From: Paecilomyces variotii
Lineage: Eukaryota
Assembly (NCBI GenBank): GCA_004022145.1
Contig: RCNU01000008.1
Reading direction: 5' to 3' (one strand)
DNA length: 64,000 nt
Made by a program: the position numbers and the translations under genes. The stretch's first letter is position 1. The number at the start of each line of letters is the position of its first letter. Below the pieces are notes generated by a model. It was not told the origin of the DNA. It ran no database searches and was given only the letters and a program-made list of their open reading frames with translations. Below are positions 14,801-29,188 of this stretch, one piece after another.

Positions 14801-16661
14801 CCGCGGTTGTGGAAGGCTCTTGGTGTGGACAATGTCGAGGGTCTCCCTGAGGAGCCTGCACCGCTCACGAACGAGGATATCAAGGCTCAGTCTAACTTCC
14901 TCCGTGGTACTATCGTTGAGGGTCTGAATGACGAGAGCACTGGTGCTATTTCTGCCAGCGACCAGCAACTGACCAAGTTCCATGGTACTTACATGCAGGA
15001 TGACCGTGATGTCCGTGACGAGCGCAAGGCTCAGGGCCTTGAGCCCGCTTATTCCTTCATGATTCGTTGCCGTCTTCCTGGTGGTGTTGCGACTCCTTCT
15101 CAGTACCTTCAGATGGACGCAATCAGCAGTGCTCATGGTAATGAGACCATGAAGCTGACTACGAGACAGACGTTCCAGTTCCACGGAGTCGTCAAGGGCA
15201 AGCTTCGTGCCGCAATGCGCGCTATCAACAAGGCCCTGATGACCACTATCGCTGCTTGCGGTGATGTCAACCGTAACGTCATGTGCAGTTCTCTGCCCGA
15301 GCTGTCTGGTTATCACCGAGAGGTTCACGCCGTATCCAAGAGGATCAGCGACCACCTCATCCCTGCCACCACCGCCTATCACGAAATCTGGCTGAAGGAT
15401 GACAATGACAAGAAGATTCAGGTTGCTGGTGATGCTGTTGTCGACCATGAGCCTCTGTACGGCCCGACATACCTTCCCCGAAAGTTCAAGATCACTATTG
15501 CCATTCCTCCTCACAACGACACTGATGTCTATGCTCATGATATCGGTCTCATTGCTATCAAGGGCGCTGACGGACATCTGGAGGGTTTCAATGTCCTTGT
15601 CGGTGGTGGAATGGGCACAACCCACAACAACAAGAAGACCTACCCGAGAACCGGCTCTATGCTCGGATTCGTCCCTGCTGATCAGACTCACCTTGTTTGC
15701 GAAAAGATCATGCTTGTCCAGCGAGACCACGGTGACCGTAAGAACAGAAAGCACGCGCGTCTGAAGTACACCATCGACGACATGGGCCTGGACGTCTTCA
15801 AGAGCAAGGTGGAGGCTATTCTTCCGGAGGGTGTGCAGTTCGCTGAGCCTCGTCCTTTCAAGTTCGTCTCCAACATCGATACATTCGGATGGCAGAAGGA
15901 TGAGAAGGGCCTGAACCACTTCACCTTCTTCATCGAGAACGGTCGTATTGAAGATACCGCTGACTTCCCCATGCGGACCGGTCTGCGGGAGATTGCCAAG
16001 CTCAACAAGGGAGAGTTCCGCCTCACTGGTAACCAGCATCTGATCCTTTCCAACATCGAAGATGCCGATCTTCCTGAAATCAAGGCTCTTATGGCCAAGT
16101 ACAAGCTGGACAACACTTCTTTCTCCGGCCTCCGCCTTTCTTCCTCTGCATGTGTGGCCTTCCCTACTTGTGGTCTCGCTATGGCTGAGTCTGAGCGCTA
16201 CCTCCCTGTTCTCATCTCCAAGCTCGAGGCTACTCTTGAGGAGAATGGCCTTGGCAAGGAGAGCATCGTCATGCGTATGACCGGTTGCCCTAACGGCTGT
16301 GCCCGCCCTTGGCTTGCTGAAGTGGCCTTCGTTGGTAAGGCTTACGGAGCTTACAACATGTACCTGGGCGGTGGTTACCACGGTCAGCGTTTGAACAAGC
16401 TCTACCGCGCATCCATCAAGGAAGACGAGATCCTTGACATCATGAAGGATCTCTTCAAGCGTTACTCCTTGGAGAGGAAGACGGCCCCTGGTCAGGAGCC
16501 TGAGAGGTTCGGTGACTGGTGTATCCGCGCCGGTATTATCAAGGAGACGACGGAAGGCAAGAACTTCCATGAAGGAGTAAGTCTAGTTTCGAATCGCTGA
16601 ATTACATGGTCGATGATCACTAACAGTTAAATAGGTTGCCGAAGAGGACGAGGAAGAGTAA
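11851..16661 (+). CDS. met5: Assimilatory sulfite reductase beta (siroheme/4Fe-4S) subunit, Met5/Ecm17-like
   Basis: PFOR-like N-terminal region (WAYDLGNSGVHHVLASG), flavodoxin domain (LFASDNGNAQ, FGLGDS), hemoprotein domain (KFHGTYMQDDRD, LPRKFK, SACVAFPTCGLA, TGCPNGCARP). Introns 11882-11991, 12132-12202 and 16577-16634. Confidence 0.95.
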
Positions 16662-17421
16662 AGCATCAGGATGGCATTGTCAGTGTCGTTTTGTTTGGGA
16701 TGATCTTACGCCCATTTTATTTTATTCTATTCTATTTTTTGGCATAGCATTTTGTATATCCGCATGTCGCCGTATGACATTGTATATATCGTACGAAATT
16801 GATCATGAAATCATTTATCACATTTTATATTGGATAGAGGAGCTCTTGGGAGCTTTTCCTGCCAGGTAACTAGCCACTGCGTTGAGTCTGTAGCCAAAAC
16901 CCAACATTGCCACAAAATTTATTGTATGGGGAACCTAGTCGGAATAGGCTGTTTCATGGCATCGAAAGAATAAATTCTTGTCTCGAGGTTCTATGCGGGC
17001 TACTCAAAAGAAAGTGTACTGTACATAACGCTGCCGAGGACGGCCAAGCTGCCGTTATCGATAAACCCAGAAAAAAGTTACTGCCGCCACTTCGGACTTC
17101 AATGTCCCTCCGCAAGAAGTCCGACAAGATCTCCTCAACGCCTTGCGCCAATGGACTTGCGAGTTTAATGCTCATGTAACAAGAACTTCGACATTCTAGT
17201 TCTTCATTTTTTCGTGACTCCATCGTCTCCTTCGAATAAACACGTTTGTGCGGGGTCTTCCTGCACTTTGTTCGGCGTTGAACAAAGCTTTCCAGGCATC
17301 TTCGCAAATCCTCAGCTGGAGAGATAACTTCTCAAGCCACACTGTTCTGAATCAGGCATTGAAATATACCTCCTCCCTTTTAGACTGTCAGCAGATTCTG
17401 CCTAGCTGGAACCGCACCACC

Positions 17422-18533
17422 ATGACGGATTCCGATCCCGTCGTCGCGTCCTACGACGTCTACCTTACAGATTCTCAAATATCCCGCTTCGTCCTACAGT
17501 ACCTCGACAGGCCCACGAACCGCGCATACGATGAACGCAACAATCAGAAGCCCACTATGATGCGATTGAAGCCCCAAACGGGTCTCGTCGAGGTCGACGT
17601 CCCCATTGACACGAGGGTAAATTACGACGTTGGCAAAGGACTACGATACGGAGATGCGCTGCGGAAAAGCCGCGTTACGAGGGAAGGGGGTGCATATGGA
17701 ATGGCTGGAGGTTTTCAGGCCGGAGGTGCCGTGGCCGGTGCGGGCAGCAGGGTTAAGATTGAAGGAGGTGATGCGGAGGCAGCGGAATTATTGGATGAGA
17801 AGAAGGGCGATGGCGGTGCTACTGTACTGCGCACGCAGACTCTAGGTGGAAGGATTAAGCCTCCGGAGGATGGTGATCCTGTCTATATGCTGGGTGCTTT
17901 TCGAGGAAGTAAGTTTTCTTTGACGATGACTCTATGTACGGCAAACTGACGAGGTCTTCTTTCTTGATTAGGTGACCTTCACCTTTCCCCGGTTTCTGCA
18001 GTGGTACAGTTACGTCCTCAGCTTCACCATCTGGACGCTTCAGAGGAAGTTTCTTCGAAAGGAAGAGGGGCCAGAGCGAAGAAAGACATTGAAGAAGATA
18101 CTCCGACGCGGTCAGCAGAGACTGAAGCGCGGGCTATCGACGTGAAAGTCAAGTCAGCAGAGGGTGGAGAGGCCTTGATTCCCGGTAACCTCGATCTCCT
18201 CAAACGAATGCAAGATGAGCAATGGACGAGATATGACTGGGTTGATGCAGAGGTAGGATATGTCTAGTTCTATATGGTAAAATGGTAAAAGAACCTAACC
18301 TTTGCTAACACGGTCAACAGACTCAAGACGCATGGGACAGATATGAGAGCTACATGATCCACCAACAGCCTGAAGAACTACCGCAACTGCACTCTGCTAT
18401 CAGCAGCGAAGACTATCTAGACGGCATGAGCGCTCCGCGAATAGATCCCGCCCATCCGGAGCTGAGCGGTTGGGCAATGAAGCAGAACCGACAGAAGCAG
18501 AAGGAAGTGGGAAGTGATGTCGAGGAGGGATGA
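17422..18533 (+). CDS. rpc37: RNA polymerase III subunit RPC5/Rpc37 (Sin_N family)
   Basis: DPVVASYDVYL, LQY, RLKPQTGLVEVDVPID, QTLGG, YMLGAF and LHLSPVSAVVQLRPQLHHLD; introns 17909-17971 and 18253-18320. Confidence 0.85.
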
Positions 18534-18946
18534 TGGGAGAATCCTTGTTTACAAAACAATTCATTTTGCATCTTCAGCGCCTGGAACAGTTACAACCGGT
18601 GGCAAACCGTCTTTCAGCCTCTATCATACGGAATTAGTTAAGTTAGCAAAGGCACAGAGTAGAATCTATGCATTAAATGCTTCACCGCCGGGAGAGTTGC
18701 CGCCAACCAACATCCAGAGCAGAAAAGGCGGAATAGACCTGGAACCCATTGTGTGCAGGTCGCCACCTTGTTAGTCCAAAAGAACATCCATTCTGCCAGT
18801 GTCAGTGGATCCGATTGAGTCGCGCGATAATAATATAGGGCGATCAATTCCTTAACAATAATGATTATTCTTCCACTAGCAGTTCCAGTCTCTGTTGGCC
18901 AATCAGACACGGTAAGAAACGCGTCCAAAAGGGCGACAGATATAAT

Positions 18947-18962
18947 CACGTGACCTCACGTG
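18947..18962. promoter_or_regulatory. Tandem CACGTG E-boxes upstream of the mitochondrial RNA polymerase gene
   Basis: ATCACGTGACCTCACGTG; the first site is a full RTCACGTG (Cbf1/CDEI-type) about 340 bp upstream of the ATG. Function is inferred. Confidence 0.4.
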
Positions 18963-19296
18963 CATTATCGGCGTGAATCTTTTTTCCAGTCTCGCCTCTC
19001 CGTCCGAAGTAGCTGTCCTCGTGTCTTCCGTGTCTTCGATCCCCGTCTCCTTTTGCTCTGATTCCAGACAGGCGGAGGCTGCAGGACATCAGAAAGATCT
19101 CGAGGTCTTTGTCTTGCTGCGGGTGGCATTCCTTTTGATCCAATTCAATACCCGTTGCACTCCAGCCGCTTTTTCCGCTGTGTTTTTTTTTTCCTGCTTT
19201 TCTTCTGGGTTATTTTTTTTTCTTATATTCTCCGATTCTTGATAATATTTTAACCTTTCTTTATCCTTAATTCCTAAAATCAACGGCCAGAAAATC

Positions 19297-22200
19297 ATGT
19301 TGCGAGCAGCGACTCGCCAGAAAGATGCATTGCATCGCCTGCGACGGTCAAGTGAGCGGCTGGCCCTTCCATGGCTTTGTCCGGCGGTGCTACGACTTCA
19401 ATCCCAATCGTCCGCATCGGCCTCACTAGCCACCTCGTCGTCGACAACTACGAAAGAACGATCACGTCGACCATCCTTCCAATCGAGACGAAGTCTTGCC
19501 ACAGCCGCAGACCCTTCGACCGTCGAACAAAGCAGGTACAATCCATTCGAGAGCAGCCAGTACTCTGTGGGAGGCAGTTCGGAAGGTTCAAATCATTGGG
19601 TTCCGCCGGCGTTTGTTGCTCCAGGGGAATTCGATGCGTCTTCTATCGTCATTGTGGAGGATCTGCTGCAGACGCAGCCCAGGGTCCTCAGGAAAATAAA
19701 GGGTATCGGTGGTGATGCGGAGGAGATGATGGCAAATCTCGACGTCTCCTTGAAAATCGGAAGATTCGATCGTGCCTCCGCATTGATTCACCGCCTAGGA
19801 CAGTTTTTCCCTAGTGGCTCGCCGGAGTATCTCGATATTCACAATCGCTACTTGCAGTCCGTTGTGTCGCACATGATTTTCACCAGACAGAACGATATGG
19901 TTCTGCCGGTCCAGCGCTGGTTTGAGGTGGATATGCCCAAGGGAGGTGTTACTCCGGATGCTACCACATATGCTTCGATGATCCGGATGGCACTGCGTAT
20001 GCTACACGGTCCCAAGCGCGACCGCACTGTACGAAGGTATTGGGAGATGGCCAAGAATGCGGAAATTGAGGAGGAGGTACTCGCAGTTCCTGTTCTTTCG
20101 GAACTGGAACTCGGTGAATTGTCAGAGGTAAGTTCTATTTTTATGAGACACTAGGAAGATCCGATCTTCTAACCCATTGATAGATCTGTTCTTCCGACCT
20201 GCAGCGTGTTGCAATTGGGAGCATGGATTTCGGTAGCGCCAAAGAACCAGCCGTAGCCGAAGATGAACCCGCCGCTATCCGCCAGACGAAACAACAGGGT
20301 TATGGTTTAACGTCACTCCACGATTCGCTTTCCTTGTTCCAAGGCAAAACCTCGGTCCCAATGCCGGCCGATTTGGACCCAAACGACCCGGAGCAGATGA
20401 AATACTATCAGCAAATGAGAGAACGGCAGTTAGAAGCTGACGCGGTACGATCTGCTGTGCAACGCTGGCAGCAGGAGATGGAAGACATGAAGAAGCTTGG
20501 CATCTCCACGGCTACTCAAGGATCGCGGCTCCGTTCTATCCTCAGTCAGTGGCATGCTGATCTAGTTAAGGCTATTCACAAGGAGCTGGAAATGGTTGAA
20601 CAAGCTGAAGCCAATCCGACGCGCACAGTCAAACAGAGGGAAAGATGTGAATATGGCGTTTATCTCAGACTCCTAAGCGCTGAGAAGTTGGCGGCTATCG
20701 CTATACTCGGCAGCATGTCAGTCTTCAGTCGAGCTGGTGTAGAGAAGGGTATTAAGACCACTTCTCTTGTCACAACCATTGGTAAGGATATACGAGATGA
20801 GATGCTAGCAGAACGTGTTATGGAACAGGATGCTCAGGCCGATACCCGACGTCGGAAGATCCTTGGTGAAATCCTCGCCAAGCGCAAGCAAAAGACTGGG
20901 CGCAGCAGATGGAAGGCCCTTGTTCGCCAACTGGAAGAGACAACGCCAGCGGTGATGTGGCCAGTGAGAGTCGAGGCGAAAGTTGGAGCGGTCCTCATGA
21001 GTCTCTTGGTTGAGGTTGCTAAAGCCCCAGTCGAAATGGAGCGCCCAGAAACCAAGGAGCGCGTTATCAGTATGCACCCTGCTTTTAGCCACAGCTATAG
21101 GGTCAGCAGGGGAAGACGCATTGGTCTGATCAACCTTCATCCGGAAATCATCAAGAAGGTGACGGAAGAACCACCAGTTGACCTTATTTCCCGACTTCTC
21201 CCTATGGTATCGGAGCCCAAGCCATGGAAAGGACCCAAGGATGGCGGGTACATCACATACAATACCTCTATGATGCGTGCCACCCCTGGAGACTATTGGC
21301 AGCCGGCCTACCTGAAAGCTGCCATTGAGAATCATGGATTGGAGCAGCTGCGTTCTGGCCTCGATGTCCTTGGGAAAACACCGTGGATAATCAACCGGGA
21401 TGTTTTCAATGTCATGCTCGAGGCTTGGAATTCCGGCGATGCTGTTGCCAACATCGCTCCGCTAGACCCCAACTTTCCTTTGCCCCCTAGGCCCTCTCCT
21501 GATGAGGGTCCTGAAGCCGAGGCCAAGTGGAGTTATGAGGTCAGAGAACTCGAGAACAAGCTCGCCGGATTCCATTCCAACAGGTGTTTCCAGAATTTCC
21601 AGATGGAGATCGCTCGTGCCTACAGAAACGAGACATTCTATCTTCCTCATAACATTGACTTCCGTGGCCGTGCTTATCCTCTCCCGCCGTATCTCAATCA
21701 GATGGGTGCCGACAACGCCAGGGGCCTTCTCCTCTTCGCTAAAGGGAAGGTTCTCGGCGAAGGTGGTCTGAGATGGTTGAAGATCCACCTTGCAAATCTC
21801 TTCGGTTACGACAAAGCGAGTCTTAAAGAGCGAGAAGAATTTACCATGCAGCATTTGGACGATGTGCTTGATTCAGCTAACAACGGGTTGCATGGCAAAC
21901 GTTGGTGGCTTGAAGCAGAGGACCCATGGCAGTGTTTGGCAGCGTGCTGTGAGCTAAGGAATGCTCTCAAACTTGCGGATCCGACTCAATACGAATCGAG
22001 ATTACCGGTCCACCAAGATGGGTCTTGCAACGGACTGCAACATTACGCAGCTCTGGGTGGAGACGTTGTGGGTGCTCAGCAGGTCAACCTGGAACCCTCT
22101 GATCGACCTTCCGATGTCTATACTGGTGTGGCTGAATTCGTTAAGGCCGAGGTTGCCAAGGAGGCTGCTGAGGGCGTTGAGATCGCGAAGAAACTTAACG

Positions 22201-23513
22201 GAAAGATCACAAGAAAGATCGTCAAGCAAACAGTCATGACCAACGTCTACGGTGTGACTTTCATCGGAGCGACTAGGCAAGTTCGCAAGCAACTAATCGA
22301 CTATTACCCCGAGTTCAGCAAGGTAGAATACAAAGATGCCTCGATCTATATAGCCAAGAAGATCTTCCAGGCTCTGGGATCAATGTTCACCGGTGCCCAT
22401 AAGATTCAGTACTGGCTTGGAGACTGTGCCACTCGTATCACGTCGTCTCTTTCACCCGAACAGATCGAGCAACTCGCGCAGAAGACTCAGACCGAACCAG
22501 AAATGGAACTCTTGTCGAAAGATCAAGAGAAGAAGCGAGCGAAGGCAGCGGACCCAGCCTCGCACTTCCGTTCGACTGTCATCTGGACCACACCTCTGGG
22601 CTTGCCAGTTGTGCAACCATACCGCGTCAAGAAGAGCCGTCGGATTGCCACAACGTTGCAGGACCTCAGTATTGCGGATGCGTCATCGCACGATGTAGTG
22701 TCTAAACGCAAGCAGCTTCAGGCCTTCCCTCCTAACTTTATTCATTCTCTTGACGCCACGCATATGATGATGTCTGCTCTTGAATGTCATCGACAGGGCC
22801 TGACTTTCTCTGCTGTTCATGATTCCTTCTGGACCCATGCTTCCGACGTCGATGTCATGAGCCGCATCCTCCGCGATGCCTTCGTGCGCATGCACTCTGA
22901 CGATATCGTCAAGCGACTTCACGCCGAGTTCCAGGCTCGTTATGGAAACCACATATTCCTTACAAAAGTGGACCGCAAGAGCCCGGTTGGTAAGGCTGTC
23001 AGCCAGTTGCGACGCGAGAACAAGATGCCTGCCAAACAGGCAAAACTGAATGAGCTCTTTGCGGAATACAAGAGACAGACACTGCTAAAGTCGGACGATC
23101 CCGAACTGCAACAGCAGGGTCGTGAGATGATAACCCCTGCAAGCATTTTCGAAGAGATGGGTGCAAAGGATGAACACCTAGAACAGGCTAGCAGTCTCGG
23201 AGAGAGCGCCGTTGGCCACGTTCCCAGTGATCTCACGGCTAGTAGCAAGACCAAAAATATCATGGAGACTGATCCCGCCCTGGAGAGTATGCTATCGGAG
23301 GTTGATCCTATGAGTACGGAACTTTTGTATGAGAGCTCCGACGCGGATTCCGATAGCGTCGACTTTTCAGACGCCGATACCTCGGAAACCCGCCGTCGAC
23401 AGAAGGGTCCCTCTTACGAATGGCTATGGCTGCCAATGCGATTCAAGGAGGTGCCGGAGAAGGGGTCTTGGGACATCTCCCGGCTCAAGGACAGTACATA
23501 CTTCTTTTCTTAA
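19297..23513 (+). CDS. rpo41: Mitochondrial T7-like DNA-directed RNA polymerase
   Basis: Arg-rich presequence, PPR-like region, DFRGRAYP, motif A (HQDGSCNGLQHY), motif B (RKIVKQTVMTNVYG), motif C (PPNFIHSLDA, VHDSF), C-terminal YFFS. Intron 20128-20183. Confidence 0.97.
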
Positions 23514-24197
23514 CTTGGAGTTGGTCTTCAGTGTCCGCGTTTGTCATCAGAAGACAAAAGGCGACTGCATGCCGCCTTGTTGGGTTGTCTTCGATCCGCA
23601 ATGTTTGTGTTTGTGTCTAGCATTGCGTCGGCGTTTCTCATGTTTGTTTCACCGCGAGCGAATTGCGGATTTTCGTTGGCTCTTTGGCCGACAAATACCT
23701 TCGACCTTTGTCTTATGATGGATGCCTCTTTGTTTTTTCTACAATCGACACCCCTCTCAAGCGTTCTTGGCTCATGTACAACTACATATTACTGTGGGAT
23801 GGTGTTGTGGATCGACGATTGTTGAGCAAAAAATCAGCATGTATCTATATATACTTTGGGATATTCTCTGCCGATAGGCTGTATCTAGAACACACACGGG
23901 CAGAAACGATCTGAGAATCGAATGTATGATTATGGCATTTCAATTATCACTCTATTTCTGGTTATCATATTATAGCAAGAAAGATTACATTGCCAAGCCT
24001 GTTCACTATAAGGGCTACCAGGTTCGCATTACTGGATCCTAGTCAATGTAGTTATTAATATATCTGATGATATATCGACTGCTAGCCGACGAGAGCATTT
24101 CATATTGATCATCAGTTGTGAAAGTGCGATGCACCATCTGACCACGTGTGAGGTGAGCTGACCTGACCGTTCGATTCCTTTCTCTTCTTCTCCCGAA

Positions 24198-25277
24198 CTG
24201 GAGGAGAATTATCTACGCCATACGACTCTCGCATGATCCGATCTTTCTCCGTCGGTACTGGATCACCTGGCAGAATACTTACGTACCACTGTTGCGTACG
24301 AGGAATAGCTAAAGTAACAGAATGGACTTCATGATGGACAAGTTCTCGCCAGTAGGTACCTCATCATGCGATTGATTGCGACTCGGCTTTTTACTTGTCT
24401 TCCCCGCATGTGCCACTAGTAGCCAGTTAGTTACCGCTTGTTGCTGACTCGAAAGCGATCAACAGAAACTACTGCTGCTGCTGCTGCTGCTGCTACGCGT
24501 GAAACATCGATGATCGGCCGGTCATAATAATGGTTTCTCCCAGGGATTCTTCGCCGCCACGATCGACAGGGACAAATGTGGAGAATAGACTGCCTGTGTC
24601 TCTAACAGTCTGCCCTACCTACTCTATACTTACTCGAGTACTTTGCTTTACAAGTATTACTCGAGGAGTCGAGAGTGACTCCGTTCTGCTCTACGCTGCA
24701 TAACAATACGCTTGATCAGGGAGATCCTTACTAGTCAGTGGCGTTCATGGCCCGTGGAATGCAGGTGTTTCCAGCAAATGATGCCTCTCCCCGTCACTTG
24801 AAGTCTCGCGATCCGACCTCTTGGGCCAGCATTCGACAGGCCGTGGGGGAGACCCGTTGCGTCGAGACTAGAATTGTTAGTCTCTGCGCTTCCCCAGACA
24901 AGCATCAAAACGGCTCCCCCGAGGCGGTAACGGCCTCATGACCGTCTAGGATGCACTGTTCGACTGGAGACTTTCTAGCTTTTCCTGTCTCTCATTATTA
25001 TTCATGGATCCTGGTCAAAGGTCGAGACTGTGAACACTGAAGAGAAGACTCAAGAGTGTCCGATTGCATCTCCCCACCTGGAAACAAGCTGCTGCTAACG
25101 AGACTAGCTCTTGGTACCCCGCGCCCTTTTCGCCCTTTCGCCCTCGTGCGCCGCTCTTCTCCACACAATCTGAGCCATTATTATTGCTCGCCTGCCACCG
25201 TGCCACCGCCGAAAGGCTCGTCTGGCCCGAGAATACTCGCTGGTCGTTTTCGGGGGAATTAGACAGTTAAACTCCAC
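24198..25277. promoter_or_regulatory. Cluster of CreA consensus sites (SYGGRG) upstream of xlnR
   Basis: Matches at about 24198, 24402, 24578, 24843, 24964, 25072, 25117, 25159 and 25272. CreA repression of xlnR is known in aspergilli, but the hexamer is short and only about 2-fold over chance. Confidence 0.4.
24472..24494. repeat. (CTG)7 microsatellite
   Basis: Read directly in the xlnR upstream region. Confidence 0.9.
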
Positions 25278-25621
25278 CATCGCGGCGTCCCGGTCGGCAT
25301 ATTGAAAAATTCCACCCTTCACGAACGTCTTGTTCCTATCTATGTTCCTGGTCTTGTGGGTGCGTGCGCTTCACCGTCAACTACGAGAACACCAGCAACG
25401 CCCATTACCGTTCTCGATCCTTCCAGCGTGCGCGTGAGTATCGCAGCGGAGAGGCAGAGTGTTCCCCGATTCCGGCACTGCTCTGGCCGCGGTATCCTGC
25501 GCTGCGATGTCATCGCTGCGTTGACCGCTATCGGCCTAATTTGGAGAAATATTTGTCGACAGGCTCATCGCATTGCTACCGCGCCTACTTCGGTCTCAGC
25601 AGGGTTCGGGGGAGGGTCAAG

Positions 25622-28499
25622 ATGTCTAGTTCGACCTCATTGTCGTATGCGGGCGCATATGGCTCCTTCTCGACTGTTCCCAATGGGGCTCTATCTGATC
25701 GAGTCCCACAATCGCAGACTTCTGGGCTGGATACCTTGGCGGAGGGTTCACAGTACGCACTCGAGCAGTTACAGCTCTCTCGAGAGGCACATGCGAAACC
25801 GAAAGATCAACTCTACGCTGAAAGCTGCAATGGCTTCAAAGCTTCCTTTCAGCGCGATTCTCTCTCCGAGGCTCGATCCGCTATTCGGAAGAATTCCTCC
25901 TCTACGCCAGTCCGACGGAGGATAAGCCGCGCTTGCGACCAATGCAACCAGTTACGGACCAAGTGCGATGGACACAGCCCGTGCGCTCATTGTATAGGTA
26001 GTGATTTGATCAGATCATGGTCTCTGAGAGTGCTGACACTCTTACAGAATTTGGCTTGACCTGCGAATATGCCCGCGAACGCAAGAAGCGGGGGAAAGCA
26101 TCGAAAAAGGATCTCGCAAAAGCCGCGGCGGCTGCAACCGCTGCTCCATCCAGCAATGGAAATGACAGCGCATCTTCCGCCAACGGTCAGTCTCCTGCCG
26201 ACAAAAGATCGCCATCCGAAGTGAATAATAGGAGTGGGATAGCGTTTGATTCCTCGCGAGATTCCGCGCAGCCACGCACATCTCATGCACGACAGCAAAG
26301 CATGCCAGGAATGACGACGATCTCGCCGTCTCAGCAACAGCAGCAACAAGAGCTCGTCTCCGGACTAGAAGCTTTGCCAATGAATGGGTTTGGGTCCCTG
26401 CAAGAGGTCGATCAACAAGGCATGGGTGTTGCGGATTTCAGATCTCTTCAGATGCTCCAGTCGTCAAATGCGAACCATCGATCCCCATCGTCGTTACTCC
26501 CTCCTCCCGGATTTAATAGCGGATATGGCGAGGCTGCATTTTCCTTGATAGGCCATCCGGAACAGAATGTAGCATCAACGAACGGTTTCCGTTTCGCAGC
26601 CTCTGCGGGAAATGCTTCCGCACCTTTCATAGGGCTCACTCCGCCCGCCCAATCTCCTGGATGGCTCCCACTACCCTCCCCATCTCCTGCTAACCTCTCG
26701 TCCTTTACTCTGCCTCCTGTTCCTAGTACGTTGAGATACCCCGTTTTGCAGCCTATTCTACCACATATTGCGTCTATTATACCCCAATCGCTTGCTTGTG
26801 ACCTGCTCGATCTGTATTTCACGAGCTCCTCTTCTTCTCATCTCTGCCCACAGTCTCCTTACGTCGTGGGATATGTTTTCCGCAAGCAGTCCTTCCTTCA
26901 TCCGACCAAACCCAGAGTCTGCAGTCCTAGCCTCCTAGCAAGCATGCTATGGGTAGCAGCACAGACGAGCGACGCCGCCTTTTTGACGTCCCCGCCTTCT
27001 GCGAGGGGTCGAGTGTGCCAGAAACTGCTGGAGCTCACGGTCGGTCTCCTTAGGCCCCTGATTCATGGACCAGCACCGGGGGAAGCATCTCCGAACTACG
27101 CGGCCAACATGGTCATCAACGGAGTCGCTCTTGGTGGATTCGGTGTGTCTATGGATCAGCTGGGAGCCGAGAGCAGTGCTACTGGGGCTACCGATGATGT
27201 TGCGACGTATATTCACCTTGCCACGGTTGTTTCCGCTAGTGAGTATAAGGGTGCCAGTATACGCTGGTGGGCTGCGGCTTGGTCACTGGCCCGGGAGCTC
27301 AAGCTTGGCCGAGAACTGCCGCCAAATATGTCCCAAGTGAGCCAGGATGGAGAGAGAGACAGAGATACCAAGGGTGATATCGGGAAAAGACACCCGCCGA
27401 TGCCACTATCCAATGGAATGGGTAATTCGAACATTGAGTTCAGCGAGGAAGAGCGAGAGGAACGCCGGCGCATCTGGTGGCTGCTCTATGTCATGGACCG
27501 GCATCTTGCTCTGTGCTATAATCGGCCGCTGAGTCTTTTGGATAGAGAATGTGAAGGGTTACTGCAGCCCATGAATGACGACCTATGGCAAGCTGGCGAT
27601 TTCTCCAATGCTGGATACCGACGCGTTGGGCCGAGTTTCGAATGTACAGGACATAGTATGTTTGGCTATTTCCTCCCCCTGATGACGATTTTGGGCGAAA
27701 TCGTGGACTTGCATCATGCCCGGAACCATCCTATGAGTTTCAGGAGTGGCCGGGAGTGGGATGCTCAAGTGGCTGAAATAACTCGCCAACTTGATGTTTA
27801 CGGTCAAAGCTTGAAAGATTTTGAGACACGCCAGATGCACGATGAACCTATGGTGGAAGGGACTCGCCTCGATCATCTCAGCCCATCAGTACGTTCTAGC
27901 GACTCTCGGATGACGGAATCAAAGGTCCAAACCGAGATTGTTGTCGCATATGGAACGCACATCATGCATGTGTTGCATATCTTGCTCGCAGGGAAATGGG
28001 ATCCCATCGCCCTGCTCGATGATAATGACCTCTGGATATCCTCTGACGAATTCGTGGCAGCGATGGGACACGCTGTCAATGCCGCAGAAGCTGCGGATCG
28101 AATCTTGAAGAAAGACCCGGATCTCAGCTATATGCCTTTCTTCTTCGGGATCTATCTTTTACAGGGCAGTTTCCTGCTTCTGCTGACGGCGGACAAGCTG
28201 CAGACAGACGCAAGCAGCGATGTGGTGAGGGCTTGCGAGATTATTGTCCGCGCACACGAAGCCTGCGTCGTGACCCTGAATACGGAATACCAGGTGGGTT
28301 CCTGCGTCTTTACTCAATCTCTTTTTTTCTTTTGTATCGCTAAACATTACAATAGAGGAATTTCCGGAAGGTCATGCGCTCAGCTCTCGCCCAGGTCCAT
28401 GGCCGTGTACCTGAAGACCTCGGCGAACAGCAGCGACGCAGACGCGAGGTCCTAGCACTATACCGTTGGACTGGCGATGGAAGTGGACTCGCTTTATGA
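25622..28499 (+). CDS. xlnR: Xylanolytic Zn2Cys6 transcriptional activator XlnR
   Basis: [54 protein letters not shown], fungal TF domain, C-terminal [23 protein letters not shown]...[12 protein letters not shown]. Introns 25998-26047 and 28294-28355. Confidence 0.96.
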
Positions 28500-29188
28500 T
28501 ACCTATACTCGTTGTCTTTTACTATTCAAGGTCATGGAAGCATCAATGATATCACACGAAGTAAGTCTCTGTCACGATTTGTATGCAGCAGATATCTTTC
28601 TGCGAATGGAGCATGGAGCACTGCTCCTTTGCCATCATCATATGGGAGAACGTTATGGGACAGTATTTATGTTTATCCGTCCTTTGCGGTTATATCATGG
28701 AAGGACACTGGTGTTCGGGGATGTCAGTCACCACTCGAGCGGGCATTTACAGCGCTCTTCGATTCGATGATCTGTCTGGTGCCAGTGTCTACAGTACTGT
28801 GCTGTACATGCCAGACGGTATTATATTTGTATATATTTGAAACTTCTCCATCTGATCCTTATCATGAAAAGAAAACATCCATGATTTGGTGCACCTCTAC
28901 ATGACATGTCTTAACACCTTTCGAAATCCTCATACTCATATTAGGATAAGTAGAATCAACTGTATCTCTGCTGCATAAAGTGTTCACTGCGATTGGTCGA
29001 CTTCGGAGCAAAGGAACGCAACACGTGATACCTAGGTATGACGCCGTGGCTTAGATCATGGTCCGAACCATAGAAGAAGAATACAGCATTAAGTTAAGTT
29101 CCAGACCATATCTACTTATCGATCGACAATTCATTGCTTTCTTTTCCAGATGTCGAAGCTTGATACCTGACCTGCTGATTCCGCGAGG

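Noticed and set aside
14372..16570. 732-aa antisense ORF
   Set aside because: It is a shadow of the strongly codon-biased sulfite reductase gene, in register on the opposite strand, with no recognisable motifs.
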